64,000 nt of DNA from a virus (Duplodnaviria; Heunggongvirae; Uroviricota; Caudoviricetes), in IMG/VR virus record IMGVR_UViG_3300031998_000033, positions 36,685 through 100,684 of that record, one strand, 5' to 3'. Under the pieces are notes generated by a model. That model was not told the origin of the DNA and did not search any database. It saw only the letters and a list, made by a program, of their open reading frames with translations. This document shows, one piece after another, positions 37,846 through 48,592 of the stretch (the first letter of the stretch is position 1; each line of letters opens with the position of its first letter). The translations under genes and the position numbers were made by a program.

Positions 37846-39069
37846 TTACTCGTACTTCAATCTCCAATCAATTGTACGTTTCAAATAATCAACATAGTCA
37901 TTATCTCTACACATACCTTTTGAAGGTGTATTTGAAAGTTTTGCGACTGGCTTTCCATTGCACTCAACCATCTTGAATACAATGTTAAGTGGATCTACTG
38001 GCAGATCGCAAGTCAAAAATGTGCCAATTCCAAATGCCACATTCGTCCTGTCCTTGAAGTGCTTCCTTATAGCAGTCGCCTTTTCAAAGTTCAGCGAATC
38101 CGAAAACAAGAGAGTCTTGGTCTTAGAATCAATGCCAAGCTTCTTGTAGTAGTCAAGCATCAGCTCACCCCACCAGATAGGGTCACCAGAATCATGACGG
38201 ACTCCGCTGAACAACGTAGCGAAGTTCTTGTCGAAATCCTTCAAGAAGACTTCAGTTCCAATCGTGTCAGTAAGAGCGATGCCCAAGTCGGTCTTGTAAA
38301 CCTCATTCCAGACTTTCATGATCTCGGCATTAGTGTAGGACTTCTCAAGGCCCGGCTTCTGCTGCACACCCATATAAAGCTCATGTGCCTGCGTACCAAT
38401 TGGCTTTGTGCCATATTTATGCGCCAGCCAAACATTCGAAGTCCCGACAAAGCCTGGAATATTCTCATTGACGAGATACTTGATAAGCCACTCCTGCATC
38501 TTCTTCGAGTAGCGACGGCGGGTGCCGAACTCCGAAAAGACCCCAATATCGTAAACACCGTCCTTGACTTTGCTGAATTTCTCGATAGTCCTCTTCTGAA
38601 ACTCGATATCGAGCTCATCAAGCCTGTCTGCATACTTCATCCTGAACCAGACTTCCGAGACGATCGCAAGAATAGCTATCTCGTAGAGTGACGTATCAAG
38701 CCAAGTACCTTCGGCCTCGATTGCAAGGCCGCAATCATTATAGGTCTGCATTCCTATCTCATTGATATGGATGTCTTCGCGGTTAGGATGCCAATTCTTG
38801 AGATTATTGACGATGTATGCAGGCGGTAGCCATCTAAAATCGATTTTTAATCCAGTAATCTCTTCTTTAGAGAAAGTAAGCTTGCAGAACCAGTCAATCT
38901 GGTCCTTTATTTCTTTTACCATTTCTGGCGTAAAACGCACATCGGAATTACGTACCTTCAAGGCCCAGCGCGCGGTGTAATCACCGTAATACCGGTCAAT
39001 GACCGCGCCCATATTAGGCTTATAGGCATCTATATCTGTTAAATTAGTTATAATTGGTGGAAGTATCAT
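37846..39069 (-). CDS. pncB: Nicotinate phosphoribosyltransferase (PncB)
   Basis: TDAYK, FSEFGTRRR, VGTSNV...IGTQAHE, GIALTDTIG, GVRHDSGDP, FGIGT.LTCD and VECNGKPVAKLS all co-linear with E. coli PncB. 407 aa, no TAG. Confidence 0.8.
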   Translation of the reverse strand: MILPPIITNLTDIDAYKPNMGAVIDRYYGDYTARWALKVRNSDVRFTPEMVKEIKDQIDWFCKLTFSKEEITGLKIDFRWLPPAYIVNNLKNWHPNREDIHINEIGMQTYNDCGLAIEAEGTWLDTSLYEIAILAIVSEVWFRMKYADRLDELDIEFQKRTIEKFSKVKDGVYDIGVFSEFGTRRRYSKKMQEWLIKYLVNENIPGFVGTSNVWLAHKYGTKPIGTQAHELYMGVQQKPGLEKSYTNAEIMKVWNEVYKTDLGIALTDTIGTEVFLKDFDKNFATLFSGVRHDSGDPIWWGELMLDYYKKLGIDSKTKTLLFSDSLNFEKATAIRKHFKDRTNVAFGIGTFLTCDLPVDPLNIVFKMVECNGKPVAKLSNTPSKGMCRDNDYVDYLKRTIDWRLKYE

Positions 39070-39698
39070 TACAGCAATTCTCCGTTAAGGTATTTCTTTT
39101 CTCTGTCTTCTATCAATGTTATGATTTTACCTGGGATTTCCTCGTCCATCGGGAAAAGCGAACACGTCGGCGGATGGTCATGCCCGTCCATCGCTATAAC
39201 CAGATAGCAGTCGTCGGACGCATCCGACGTAAAATTGAATTTTTTCTTCCACTTGTCCGGCGTATAAGGCTGGCCGATGACTTTGACCGGAACGAATTTT
39301 CTGCACATATACGCCCAGGCGTAGTCTCCGACGTCGAATTTTATCGCGTCGGGCGGCGTCCCAGCATAGGTTCCGTCCCGCCAGTCTGAAGAAAACGGAG
39401 AATACGCCAACGGCTTGCCGTCTTTCGTATAGGACCATTCCTGCTCGTATATAGGCGACCAGACATCGTTTTCGAACAGCATGCGGTTGACTCGGACTTC
39501 CCTGACGAAAAACCCGAGAAGCCGCGGCCCCCAGTCGCATTCGCAGAAATCCGCGACGCATTTGGCAATCGCCTTCTCCGCGTTCTTCTTGGTGCTGTAG
39601 ACGCCGAAGTCTTTTTTGTCTACCGCCCGCGCAAAGCCGCGGCAATGCCTGCCCGATTCATTCGTCAGCCTTGTCGCAATATATACTTTTCCAGCCAT
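39069..39698 (-). CDS. Hypothetical protein, 209 aa
   Basis: Track ORF, no TAG. Confidence 0.4.
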   Translation of the reverse strand: MAGKVYIATRLTNESGRHCRGFARAVDKKDFGVYSTKKNAEKAIAKCVADFCECDWGPRLLGFFVREVRVNRMLFENDVWSPIYEQEWSYTKDGKPLAYSPFSSDWRDGTYAGTPPDAIKFDVGDYAWAYMCRKFVPVKVIGQPYTPDKWKKKFNFTSDASDDCYLVIAMDGHDHPPTCSLFPMDEEIPGKIITLIEDREKKYLNGELL

Positions 39699-39883
39699 AT
39701 ATTGATTATGCCGCCGTCTCGGAAGTAAATATATTTGAATTGCGTCTACTAAAGGAAGACGGCGATGCCGTGCAAATCTACGATCCGTATGCAGGCAGCA
39801 GTTATTCCGTAGGTTCAGAAGGCGTCGTTGCTAATTAAGTTGAATGCGCTAGGAAGCCGAATAAATAAAAAACAGGAGACAAC

Positions 39884-40508
39884 TGTGAAGAAGACATACA
39901 CGAAGAAGCAGATCCAGGAAGCCATCGCCTACTGGAAGAAGCAGCTCGCGAAGGGCAACTACAGGAAAGTCAACGAGGCGTTTGAGTATTCTGGCGAAAA
40001 TCCTTACGACATCGACAACTGCAAGGCTTCTGGCTGGGTAATGTATTTCAGGAAAAACGGCGAAGCATACTTGCCGGTTGACTATACTGTCAGTCATAGG
40101 CTGCATCCGGAAGACGATCCCAGCCCGCACGCGGCGGATATTCGCGCGACCGACGAGCAGATGAATCGCGTACGTCTCGCGCAGGCTAACGCTAGCACTG
40201 TCGCCAGCCGGTCGTGCAGGTTCGTTCTGGACGGGCGCAGAGTGTCAGCTACGTTTTTTGCGACGCGTGACGCCGCGCAAAGGGCGGCGGACGCTTCCGA
40301 AATGGACGGCGGCGGAGCCCAGTCCTGCGCGTACATCTGGGACTGCGTCAACCTCGGCTATGTATCTGAAAACGATGTCGGCGATCTCGAAAAGACCGAC
40401 GTCGAGATTATAGACACCTATATTTGCGGAAATGGCGCTGTCATTTTCGGACAAGATGCGCTTGAGGACAACGCGGACGAATGGGAACGCGACACGCGTC
40501 GCCTATGA
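39884..40508 (+). CDS. Leader-family protein 4 (VKKTYTKKQIQEAIAYWKKQLAKGNYRKVNE...), about 207 aa
   Basis: GTG start at ~39884 after an aggaga RBS; the track ORF begins further upstream. TGA at 40506. Confidence 0.5.
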
Positions 40509-40746
40509 TGGAATCTGAATTTGGAGCAGATACTTCGCATAGCGAGAAGATTATACCGGCGATTGTCGCATGGCTTTGCATAAACGACAGAAACGCACTA
40601 ATAGCCGCCCTTGACGGCATCGGAGTAAGCTTAAACGACCGTTAGCGAATCGCTTTGTACCATACCGCCATGCGGCAAATAAAGTGCAATCAGAAGAAAT
40701 TGCCGTACATAACGCTGAACATGGACGGCCTTTAGCCAAATTAAAG
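40507..40746 (+). CDS. Small hypothetical protein of about 79 aa, 2 in-frame TAGs
   Basis: ATG overlaps the upstream TGA (TGATG). Translated by hand to TAA. Confidence 0.3.
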
Positions 40747-40815
40747 AAGCAAAGAAGAGATACAGACGCTGCTGGGCAACCATTAAGTTTAGCGTAAGGC
40801 ACCATAAATGACGAA

Positions 40816-40846
40816 AGGCGCGGAAATTTCCGCGCCTTTTTATTTC
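40816..40846 (+). terminator. Rho-independent (bidirectional) terminator between convergent genes
   Basis: aggcgcgg-aaattt-ccgcgcct followed by TTTTATTTC. Confidence 0.6.
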
Positions 40847-40877
40847 TACTATTTCCGGCTGTTACAGTCGGTCGTCT

Positions 40878-41413
40878 GACATATTGAAGATGTTTAATTA
40901 AATCTATGCTGTTGAATCAGTTATAAAATAGAAATCCTTGCCACGCTGTTCTAGCCTGTAGACGCAATAGAAACTACCGTTTACGTCGGCGACAACCGCC
41001 ATGTCATAATCATCGTCAAATGCTTCAAAGGCTTCTTGCCAAATTTCATAATAGTTCTATCCGGTATATCCGGCAGTAACTGGCTTTGCGATTAAAGATA
41101 GCAACAATCCCTCATCATCATTCGGATGCGGAATCCTTTGAACCCCATCTATTGTAAGTATTTGATTTCCAAACTATACAAAACATTCTGGATCTAACGG
41201 TCTGTTATTGTTATCAATTTTTACATAATCATCTGGATTGCAGTCGTAAATATCACCAACCCCGAGGCTTTCATCATTATTTTTCTGTACGAGAATTGTT
41301 GTTTCATCATTTTTAAGGTTCTCGTTCACCTTTCGGTAGTTGCCCTTCGCGAGCTGCTTCTTCCAGTAGGCTATCGCCTCGACGATTTGCTTTTTGGTGT
41401 ATGTCTTCTTCAC
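40878..41413 (-). CDS. Leader-family protein 5 (MKKTYTKKQIVEAIAYWKKQLAKGNYRKVNE...), about 178 aa, 3 in-frame TAGs
   Basis: Track ORF 41174..41413 continues in frame through TAG 41174 and two more TAGs to TAA ~40878. Confidence 0.45.
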
Positions 41414-41526
41414 AAATGTTTTCCTTTACTTTATAGGTTTAATTTTATTTACCTAAACCTCTAAAAATAACCTATCGTAGAGCGCTCCTATCTCTTCCTG
41501 TTTCTCCATATTTATAAATTATGCTT

Positions 41527-41558
41527 CTAAAAAGAAAAGGCCCGGAAAACCGGGCCTT
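41527..41558 (-). terminator. Rho-independent terminator
   Basis: aggcccgg-aaaa-ccgggcct with a T-rich run on the minus strand. Confidence 0.55.
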
Positions 41559-41640
41559 TGGCCGAATGCTTTAACATAATGCTGTAACAGTTAAAGCATA
41601 ATTTGTTTACCTCCGGGGATCAGGCGGATCAGAACGTATC

Positions 41641-42111
41641 TCAATTATAGTCATCCGCCGAACCGTCGTCGTACTGATAGTTGTCGAAGTAGAACTCCAC
41701 TCCGAATTCGCCTTCCCCGTTTTTCACGCTCGCAACCACAGTGTCGTAATTAAGTTCGGCGTCGCACGAGTCTTCTAAAGCCCAAAGCACCTTTTCTTCG
41801 AAATCCTCGACAGACAGGGTAGTCTTGGCTGTTACGGAAATCCCATGCGACGTATCGGAAACATTGACGTCCGAAATTCCATCGACGCTTTCGATTTCGT
41901 TTTTGATCGCTTCTAGCCCAACTAACTCTATTTCGTATCCGGCGTCGTCTTCGTATCCGGCGTCGTCTTCGTATCCGGCGTCGTCTTCGTATCCGGCGTC
42001 GTCCAAATCATTCATATCTTCGTTTACCTTGCGGTAATTGCCCTTGGCGAGCTGTTTCTTCCAGTAGGCGATGGCTTCCTAGATCTGCTTCCTGGTGTAG
42101 GTCTTCTTCAT
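41641..42111 (-). CDS. Leader-family protein 6 (MKKTYTRKQI(TAG)EAIAYWKKQLAKGNYRKVNE...) with (DDAGYE)x4 repeat, about 156 aa
   Basis: The TAG sits at the leader position that is Q, V, T or A in the other members. TGA at 41641. Confidence 0.5.
41935..42010 (-). repeat. 18-nt perfect tandem repeat x4 (gtatccggcgtcgtcttc) encoding DDAGYE
   Basis: Read directly from the sequence. Confidence 0.8.
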
Positions 42112-42180
42112 AACGGTATTCCTTTAAAGATATTTACCTTATAAAAATTATTTACCTTGAACAGGCCAGGATTTCTACCG

Positions 42181-45108
42181 TCACAGGCTGAAAATGTCGA
42201 ACATTACCTGCTTTGACGGATCAATATTGGAAAACCTGCATGCTTCCCTGAATGACTTTAGCGAATCGAGAACCGTTTTCTCAAACATCTTCTTGTAGTC
42301 CGGTTTGAACATGCTGTCGAATTCAGCCGGCCATTGCCCGTCCTTGAACGCGATTACGTTTATGCGGTACGGGTTGTTTTCGTCAAGATAAACCAGGCGG
42401 ACTTTGTCGCCGACTCTGAGCTGCTCGTATTTCCGGCTGAGCCCAAGCTTGCTGATAATCTGGTTGAAGTACACGCAGGCCTTGGCTATTCCGGTAGTGC
42501 CGACTGTCTTGCCCGTCAGCGGGTTTACCGTCTGCGCCATCTGGAGGAATCCGTCTGCCTCGCGCTCGGTGTTGTACCCCTTGAAAAAGCTGATGTCGTC
42601 AATTGAAAACGTCTTGAACTTGTCATATAGATCGGTAACGTACGCGTGGTAGTCTTGTTCCTTCCAGTCGTGCAGAATGACGCCTTCGTATATGTCGTTC
42701 AGATATTTCTTCACGAACTTCGGGAGACTGCCTTTCTTCATCTCGATGCCGGAGTACTTGATCTTGTCTACCGGATCGCCTTCTTCCATGAACTTCCGTA
42801 TGGAATAATGCTTCTTTTTTTCATAAATTCCAACGTCACCCATGTATTCCAGCTCGTACGTCAAGATGTCCTGCCGCGACGTATGGCAGAAATCATGGGC
42901 TAGCCCCCGCACGAACCCGTTGACGTCCTTGTCTACGAACTCGGCGACGGTCTTCCACAGCTCTAGCCTGTCTTTCTTCCTCCAGTCTTTTATCGCCGGA
43001 GGAAGGCTGTATTCTTTTTTCATCCACGCCGTCACAGGCTCGAGGTTGAGGAAAATGCTGTCCGTATCTCCACTGCTTGCAGTCACGTAGTTCGGGTCCG
43101 CGCCGTACCGCCTGACAAACTCGTCGTGCACAAACTTCGCGCTGGACATATTCGCGAAGCGGCCCATCCTCGTAATCGTCTGCGAGATATTCGGATCGGC
43201 GATCGGGCTAAACGACGTGCCGGTCGCGCCGTAAATCGAGTTAATGCAGATCTTCAATGCCATCTGGAGCGCATGGTAGTTCTCCATCTTCGTCTCGAGA
43301 ACTTCGCGCTCGCCCGGCTTCAGCGCCGCGACGAACTCCTCGTTGTGCAGGTCATGGAAGATCTTGAGCTCCTTCTTCTTGTTGGCCTTGCGCTGGCTGT
43401 AGAAGAACTCGCACCACTTCGCTATGACGCCTTCCTTGATCTCGTGCTTGAGGAACAGCGTGTTGTTCGGCGTCCAGATGCACTTCGTCTCTATCATGCC
43501 GCGCAGCTGGCTGAGCGACAGCATTTTCCTCTGCCGCTGCGGCCCCGGAAGCATAAGCTCAAAATGGTCTATTTCGGGATCGCCCGCGTTTATGGTGACG
43601 CGGGCCCTCGCACCGGTTTCGTCCTCGCCCCATTCAGAGTCGCCGTCGTTGAACGGGTCGAACTTGACCTCGTGGTCCGGATCGCACGTGACGTTGCCGG
43701 ACGCGTTCTTGAAATAGATAAGTACCTTACCGACGTACGTTTCGATCGAAATATTGAGAGCTCGAATAATAGACGGATACAAACTCGCAAAATCAATACA
43801 TCCTATTCCATCTTTATAGATGCCGGCTATGCACGGGAACACGAACGCGCCCTCGAACCCGGCGAAATTATGCCGTTCCTTGAGATACGACTTGAACACA
43901 AGCCCGCCCATCTTATGCTTCGCGAACGCGACGCACGAACCTATCAGGTAGCCGAGCGACGAATAAATCGAATCGTAATTGCACAGCCCGATGGACGCAA
44001 TTCTCCGAGCAAGCGAAGTGAGCTTGCATTTGTCGTCTACCCGTTTGCAAAGGTCTACATCCCGCACATTATACTCGTAGAACCGCTGCCAGTCCTTGAC
44101 GTACAAATCCTTAAGCGACCCCTTGTACTTGATTTTATGCCCGAGGCCTTCGTATTCGCCGACGTTGTCGAGGCTGTATCCGCCGTCGAGAGTCGACCCC
44201 GCGATCTTGAACTTGTCGCGGTACAGGAGCAGACCATCCGACTGGAACACACCGTCGATGTTGACCTCTATTTCCGCGGCGACGTCCGCCCTCGCGTTAT
44301 CGTGATTGACTTCCTTGACATAGCACCTGCCGACGGGTGACAGCCTATCGGCGTCCTTCCTGCTGAGAACCTTGCCCAGGCGCGTATACAAATACGGAAT
44401 ATCGTATCCCTTTATGTTCCAACCGTACAGCACGTCCGCCCTGTTAGAATCCAGCCAGTCGATGAAATGCTCAAGCATCTTGTACTCGCTGTCGTTGAAC
44501 TCGAACAGCATGAACTTGTCTTTCGGATACTTGTCGAGCGGCGCTTCCTTGAAATCTATGTCGCAGTGCTGTAGACTCCACGTATAGAATTTGTCGGTCA
44601 AGCTATCGTGCACCGTTATCATGTTGATGCGGTTGTCGGCGACGGACGGTTTCATGAACTGGTCGGAAATTTCCGTCTCGATGTCGAGCGACTGCACGCG
44701 CATCGGCTGGTTGTTGAAATCTGGCTCGAACACCACGTCGCCGAACACCTTCTAGAGGAACTCCGACTCAGGCCGCAAAGCCTCCATGACGGCCAGGCCG
44801 TCCGCCTGCTCCAAATATTTGCGCCTGGCCTGCGCCGTGTCGAACCATTTCGTCGCGACATAGCGGCCGAAAATGTCCTTCTCCTCTGTATCGTATTTTA
44901 CGGCGTACTTAATCCAGCTCCGGTGCGGGCAAATGAACGTCTTCTCGTTACCGGCCAAATCGTATCCGAAAAGTATTATATTTCCTTTTTTGTCGTATCC
45001 TGTCGCATAGCACGCCGACCGGTATCCTGGTCCTATGTACTTCGTCCGCCAGGCTTCAACCGGTATTTCCGAGAGGTCTATCGCGTTATTAAAAATATTT
45101 TCACTCAT
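42181..45108 (-). CDS. Family-B DNA polymerase (T4 gp43-like), about 975 aa, 1 in-frame TAG at 44752
   Basis: ExoI SLDIETE, DFASLYPSII, KICINSIYG and SSGDTDSIF. The N-terminal 118-aa track ORF (44752..45108) and the 855-aa ORF are the same frame, separated only by TAG. Confidence 0.85.
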
Positions 45109-45277
45109 ATCAATAATTTATATATCTAAGAACAACCACCGAACATGGCTTCACCTATACAGATTAAAATAATACGAAAACAGGAAAAGCAGCCGGGACC
45201 GACGTCATGTGCAATAAAACAAGAAGGGCGCGAAAACCCGCGCCCTTCTTTGGTCTTTCAACAAATCCGTCAGGCAA

Positions 45278-45706
45278 TTAGCCTAAACCGAAACTGGCTT
45301 CAGCCGCGGGCTCAGGCCCGGCGTCTAATTCAGACTCCTCGTCGCCGGCTTCGTCGCCGCCTCCGAGATCGCCTTCATTGCCGCCTTCATCGCCGCCTTC
45401 GCCTTCACCCTCGCCGCCTTCTCCGCCTTCGGCTCCACCGGCTTGTTTCGGTGACGCAGCGGCCGATGCGGCTTTCTCCTCAGCCTCAACATCCTTTTTG
45501 AGACGGATCGGCGACTTAAAGTCAACAGGCGGATTCTCCTCAGAGACCAGGTCGGCGAAATAATCAGCTATGGCCACCAGCTGCTTTTCGCGGATAAGCT
45601 CGCGGAAGTTATCTTCAATGTCCTTATCCGACATGCCGAGATACTTACGCATGACCGTTATCTTAGAGATCTCATCCTAGTCGGCGAACGCCTTGTATAT
45701 CGTCAT
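45278..45706 (-). CDS. Acidic Gly/Glu-rich small protein (possible prohead core / internal head protein), about 142 aa, 1 in-frame TAG
   Basis: ATG ~45704. Low-complexity GGAEGGEGGEGEGEGGDEGG tail. Immediately downstream of the portal gene. Confidence 0.4.
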
Positions 45707-45769
45707 CTTGGCGTCGACAAGCTTCTGAATCTCGTACAGGTCATACAGCACGGGCTTGACGAACTCGAT

Positions 45770-47122
45770 CTATATGTCGGAGTCAATGAGGTCATATCCG
45801 TCCTTGTCCCAGATGTCGCGCAGCTTGAGATGCGTTATGAAGCTCTTCTTGAAGCCGTCGGCGAACCTCCGCTGGAAACGCATGATCATACGGGAGAACG
45901 CGTACTCCTCATACGAAATAGCGTCGTTCTTCTCCATGGTATTCTCCGGAGTCTTGTAGCGCGTCCACGGTACCTTGAACTGCTTGATCAGCTGCCTGAG
46001 GAAATACTCGATGTCGTCCATCTGGTCGTATGTGGCGGAAGACCCTACCGACTCCACCGATGTGCCGTCGTTGCCGTCCGACTTGCCGAACACATAGCTC
46101 TTCAGCATCGTCGGCGGACTGTACGTGCCGTAGATGTCCCGGCCGTTAGGCGCCGCGACCTTCTTCGACTTGAGCTCCATCGCGAACCTGCGTACATACT
46201 CGTCTGCGTAGTTCTAGGTCATCTTGCCGGTCGAGACGTTGAACAGCAGCCTCTCCGGGGCATGCGTCACGCGGAGGATCACCGCCGAGTCTTCGAGCAG
46301 CGCGAGCCTGTGGTACTGCTGCTTCGCGTTCTCGATAAGCGGGTATGAAATCATATAGTCATTCGAATATTCTCCCGAATTGATATATGTCACCTGATTC
46401 CACAAAAGCGGAACGCACGTGTCTTTCGCAAGGTGGAAGTTATACGTAGTCGGCGCGATCGTATTGAATACGGCCGCGCAGCCGGCTATAGAATTGAGGT
46501 ACATCTGACGGCACTCTTCGGCGAACTGCTCTACGTCGAATACAATGCCGATCGGCAGGCCTGTCTCGGCGTTTATCAGGGTATCGTAATATTCGGCGGG
46601 CAGGAATTTCACTCCGATGATGCCGAGGTCCGGATACTGGGGGTTGATAATGTTCTCCCACGCGAGCTCGCCCTCCGTCAGGAACCGCTTGATGAGGTTG
46701 AACCCGTCGTCGCGCATGTTGAACAAATTCATGAATTTTTTGAATTCGTTCTGAAGGATCTCCTGCTGCACTGAATTAAGCCGCTATGGAAGCGCCAGAG
46801 TTATGAAATTCTTGTTCTCGTCGTCATGGATGAAGTCATCCGCGATTTCATCCATGCACCAGCGGCATATCGGATACTGCGCGATCTGCCGGTACATCTG
46901 TATGCGCTGCGCCTTGTCGGACGCGACAGGCATGGCCAGCACGTCCCCGAAGTCGATCGCGCATGTCGGATTTGCATACCTGGCGATACGCTCCTGCGCT
47001 GCCCTCGAGACCATCGACCTCGAGTTTATTATAGTAGCTATGTCGTTATTGATACGGCTGAACGCTCCGTAATTCGAATTGTTCATCACGCCAGCGGCGG
47101 CCTGCGTAGTATTGATTCCCAT
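45770..47122 (-). CDS. Portal protein (T4 gp20-like), about 450 aa, 2 in-frame TAGs
   Basis: Track ORFs 46784..47122, 46214..46771 and 45770..46180 are one frame joined by TAG 46784 and TAG 46214. HRLALLEDSAVILRVTHAPERLLFNVSTGKMT resembles gp20 [30 protein letters not shown]. Confidence 0.7.
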
Positions 47123-47134
47123 ATGCCTGTCCCA

Positions 47135-47875
47135 TTATTTCTTTCTGCGCTTCGAGCGCCCGTCTTCGTCTTCTTCCTTATTGTCCTCGTCCTCGTCTTC
47201 GTCTTCGGAATCTTCATCTTCTGGTATCGTGAACTGAACGTCTGAAAACGCGCCGGATTTCGCGAGGCTCTTAACGACGTCGTCCGTATTGAAAGTATAC
47301 CCGCCTTCCTGCTGCGCGTCTACGGCACCGTCCTTCATCTTCTCGCGCAGAAGCTCCATGTTATGCCTATGCTTCAGCTCGGCCAGCTCTATCCGCTGCT
47401 GCTGCTGGAAAACCATCAGCTTAACCTTCTCTACAAACTTGGACTTCGCCTTGTATATGGAGATGAACTCCGCGACGTTCAGATGTATGCTTTCGAGAAA
47501 AGCCGCGGCCGCATGGACGAGTTCGGGGTCCAGGAGGTCGGAGGACGTTATGTTGCCCACGACATGCTGGAACACCTGCTGCGCCGACACGACCATCTTC
47601 TCGATCTCACGAAGCGACGCCGTCATGTCGCCAAGGGCCAGCTGCCCGCCGACCTCGCTGCGCTGAAGTTCCTCAGCCTTTCTGTCTATCAGTGCGGCCT
47701 CGGCGTTTATACGCTCATCCATACCGTCGAACGCCTTGTGGAACTCTTCGGTCTCGACGTTAAGGCTTTCGAGCATCTCGTCGAGGGACTTCCCGCCCGA
47801 GATGCCGAGCGCCTGGTCTATGCGCTCCTTGGTCGTCAGCCTGCGGTCGGAGTCCTGCATGTCAATCGGCGTCAT
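47135..47875 (-). CDS. Acidic coiled-coil protein (scaffold-like?), 246 aa
   Basis: Track ORF with a DEDSEDEDEDEDNKEEDED tail and no TAG. Confidence 0.4.
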   Translation of the reverse strand: MTPIDMQDSDRRLTTKERIDQALGISGGKSLDEMLESLNVETEEFHKAFDGMDERINAEAALIDRKAEELQRSEVGGQLALGDMTASLREIEKMVVSAQQVFQHVVGNITSSDLLDPELVHAAAAFLESIHLNVAEFISIYKAKSKFVEKVKLMVFQQQQRIELAELKHRHNMELLREKMKDGAVDAQQEGGYTFNTDDVVKSLAKSGAFSDVQFTIPEDEDSEDEDEDEDNKEEDEDGRSKRRKK

Positions 47876-48446
47876 CTTCGATATACTGCTTGATGCTGCG
47901 GCTGAGACTCGTCGCGCAACTCATTCCGGGGAAAGATTCCATTTCCGACAGAAGCTTCTGCATCAGGTCTTTCTTAATGTTGATCTGCTTATAGTATTTC
48001 TTCAGGCAGGTCAAATACGAGTTAAATATAGACGTCGAACACCAGCTGAACGGATTCGTGAAATTGAAATCGTAGTTCTTCAAACCGCGGATTAATTTAT
48101 ACCATGCGAAGCCCTGCAGATCTTCCTTCAGCTCGCGCGGATAATTGCGGAACTCGCTTCGGTTCAGTATCTTGGCCGTAAGGGCCATGAACATGCGGCC
48201 AAGTTCTTCTGATATTATGCGGTCTTCGACGTTCTTCGCCGAATCGCGCCATTTTATAAGCTCGGCGAGAAGCTCCTTGTTCGTGCAGTAGAACCTGTCT
48301 TTATTGGCAGGATCGCCCCGCTTCGCCTTTTCGGCCTGTTTGACCTTCTAGGCCCTAAGTTTGATCTGTTTCTTTTGTTCGTACGAAAGCCTGCTGGCCT
48401 CGCTCTGCTTACGCGGCCGCTTTGCTGTAATTTCTTTTGTCGGCAT
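47862..48446 (-). CDS. Late-transcription sigma factor (T4 gp55-like), about 194 aa, 1 in-frame TAG
   Basis: RFYCTNKELLAELIKWRDSAKN..VEDRIISEELGRMFMALTAKILNRSEF...NYDFNFTNPFSWCSTSIFNSYLTCLKKYYKQ parallels gp55 [39 protein letters not shown]...[29 protein letters not shown]. ATG ~48444. Confidence 0.6.
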
Positions 48447-48592
48447 TAACTTCGCCTTTCTTTTTTTTAAGTATATATTTACTCGACTTTTAATATAATA
48501 TACATAGAAATCTTGAAAAACGAAAAAATATTTCCCGATTATACTGATAATACCGTAAAAGTAAATAGTATTTATAAAAATAAGGAGAATTT

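Noticed and set aside
43126-44340. 404-aa plus-strand ORF
   Set aside because: Antisense to the DNA polymerase, whose motifs are unambiguous.
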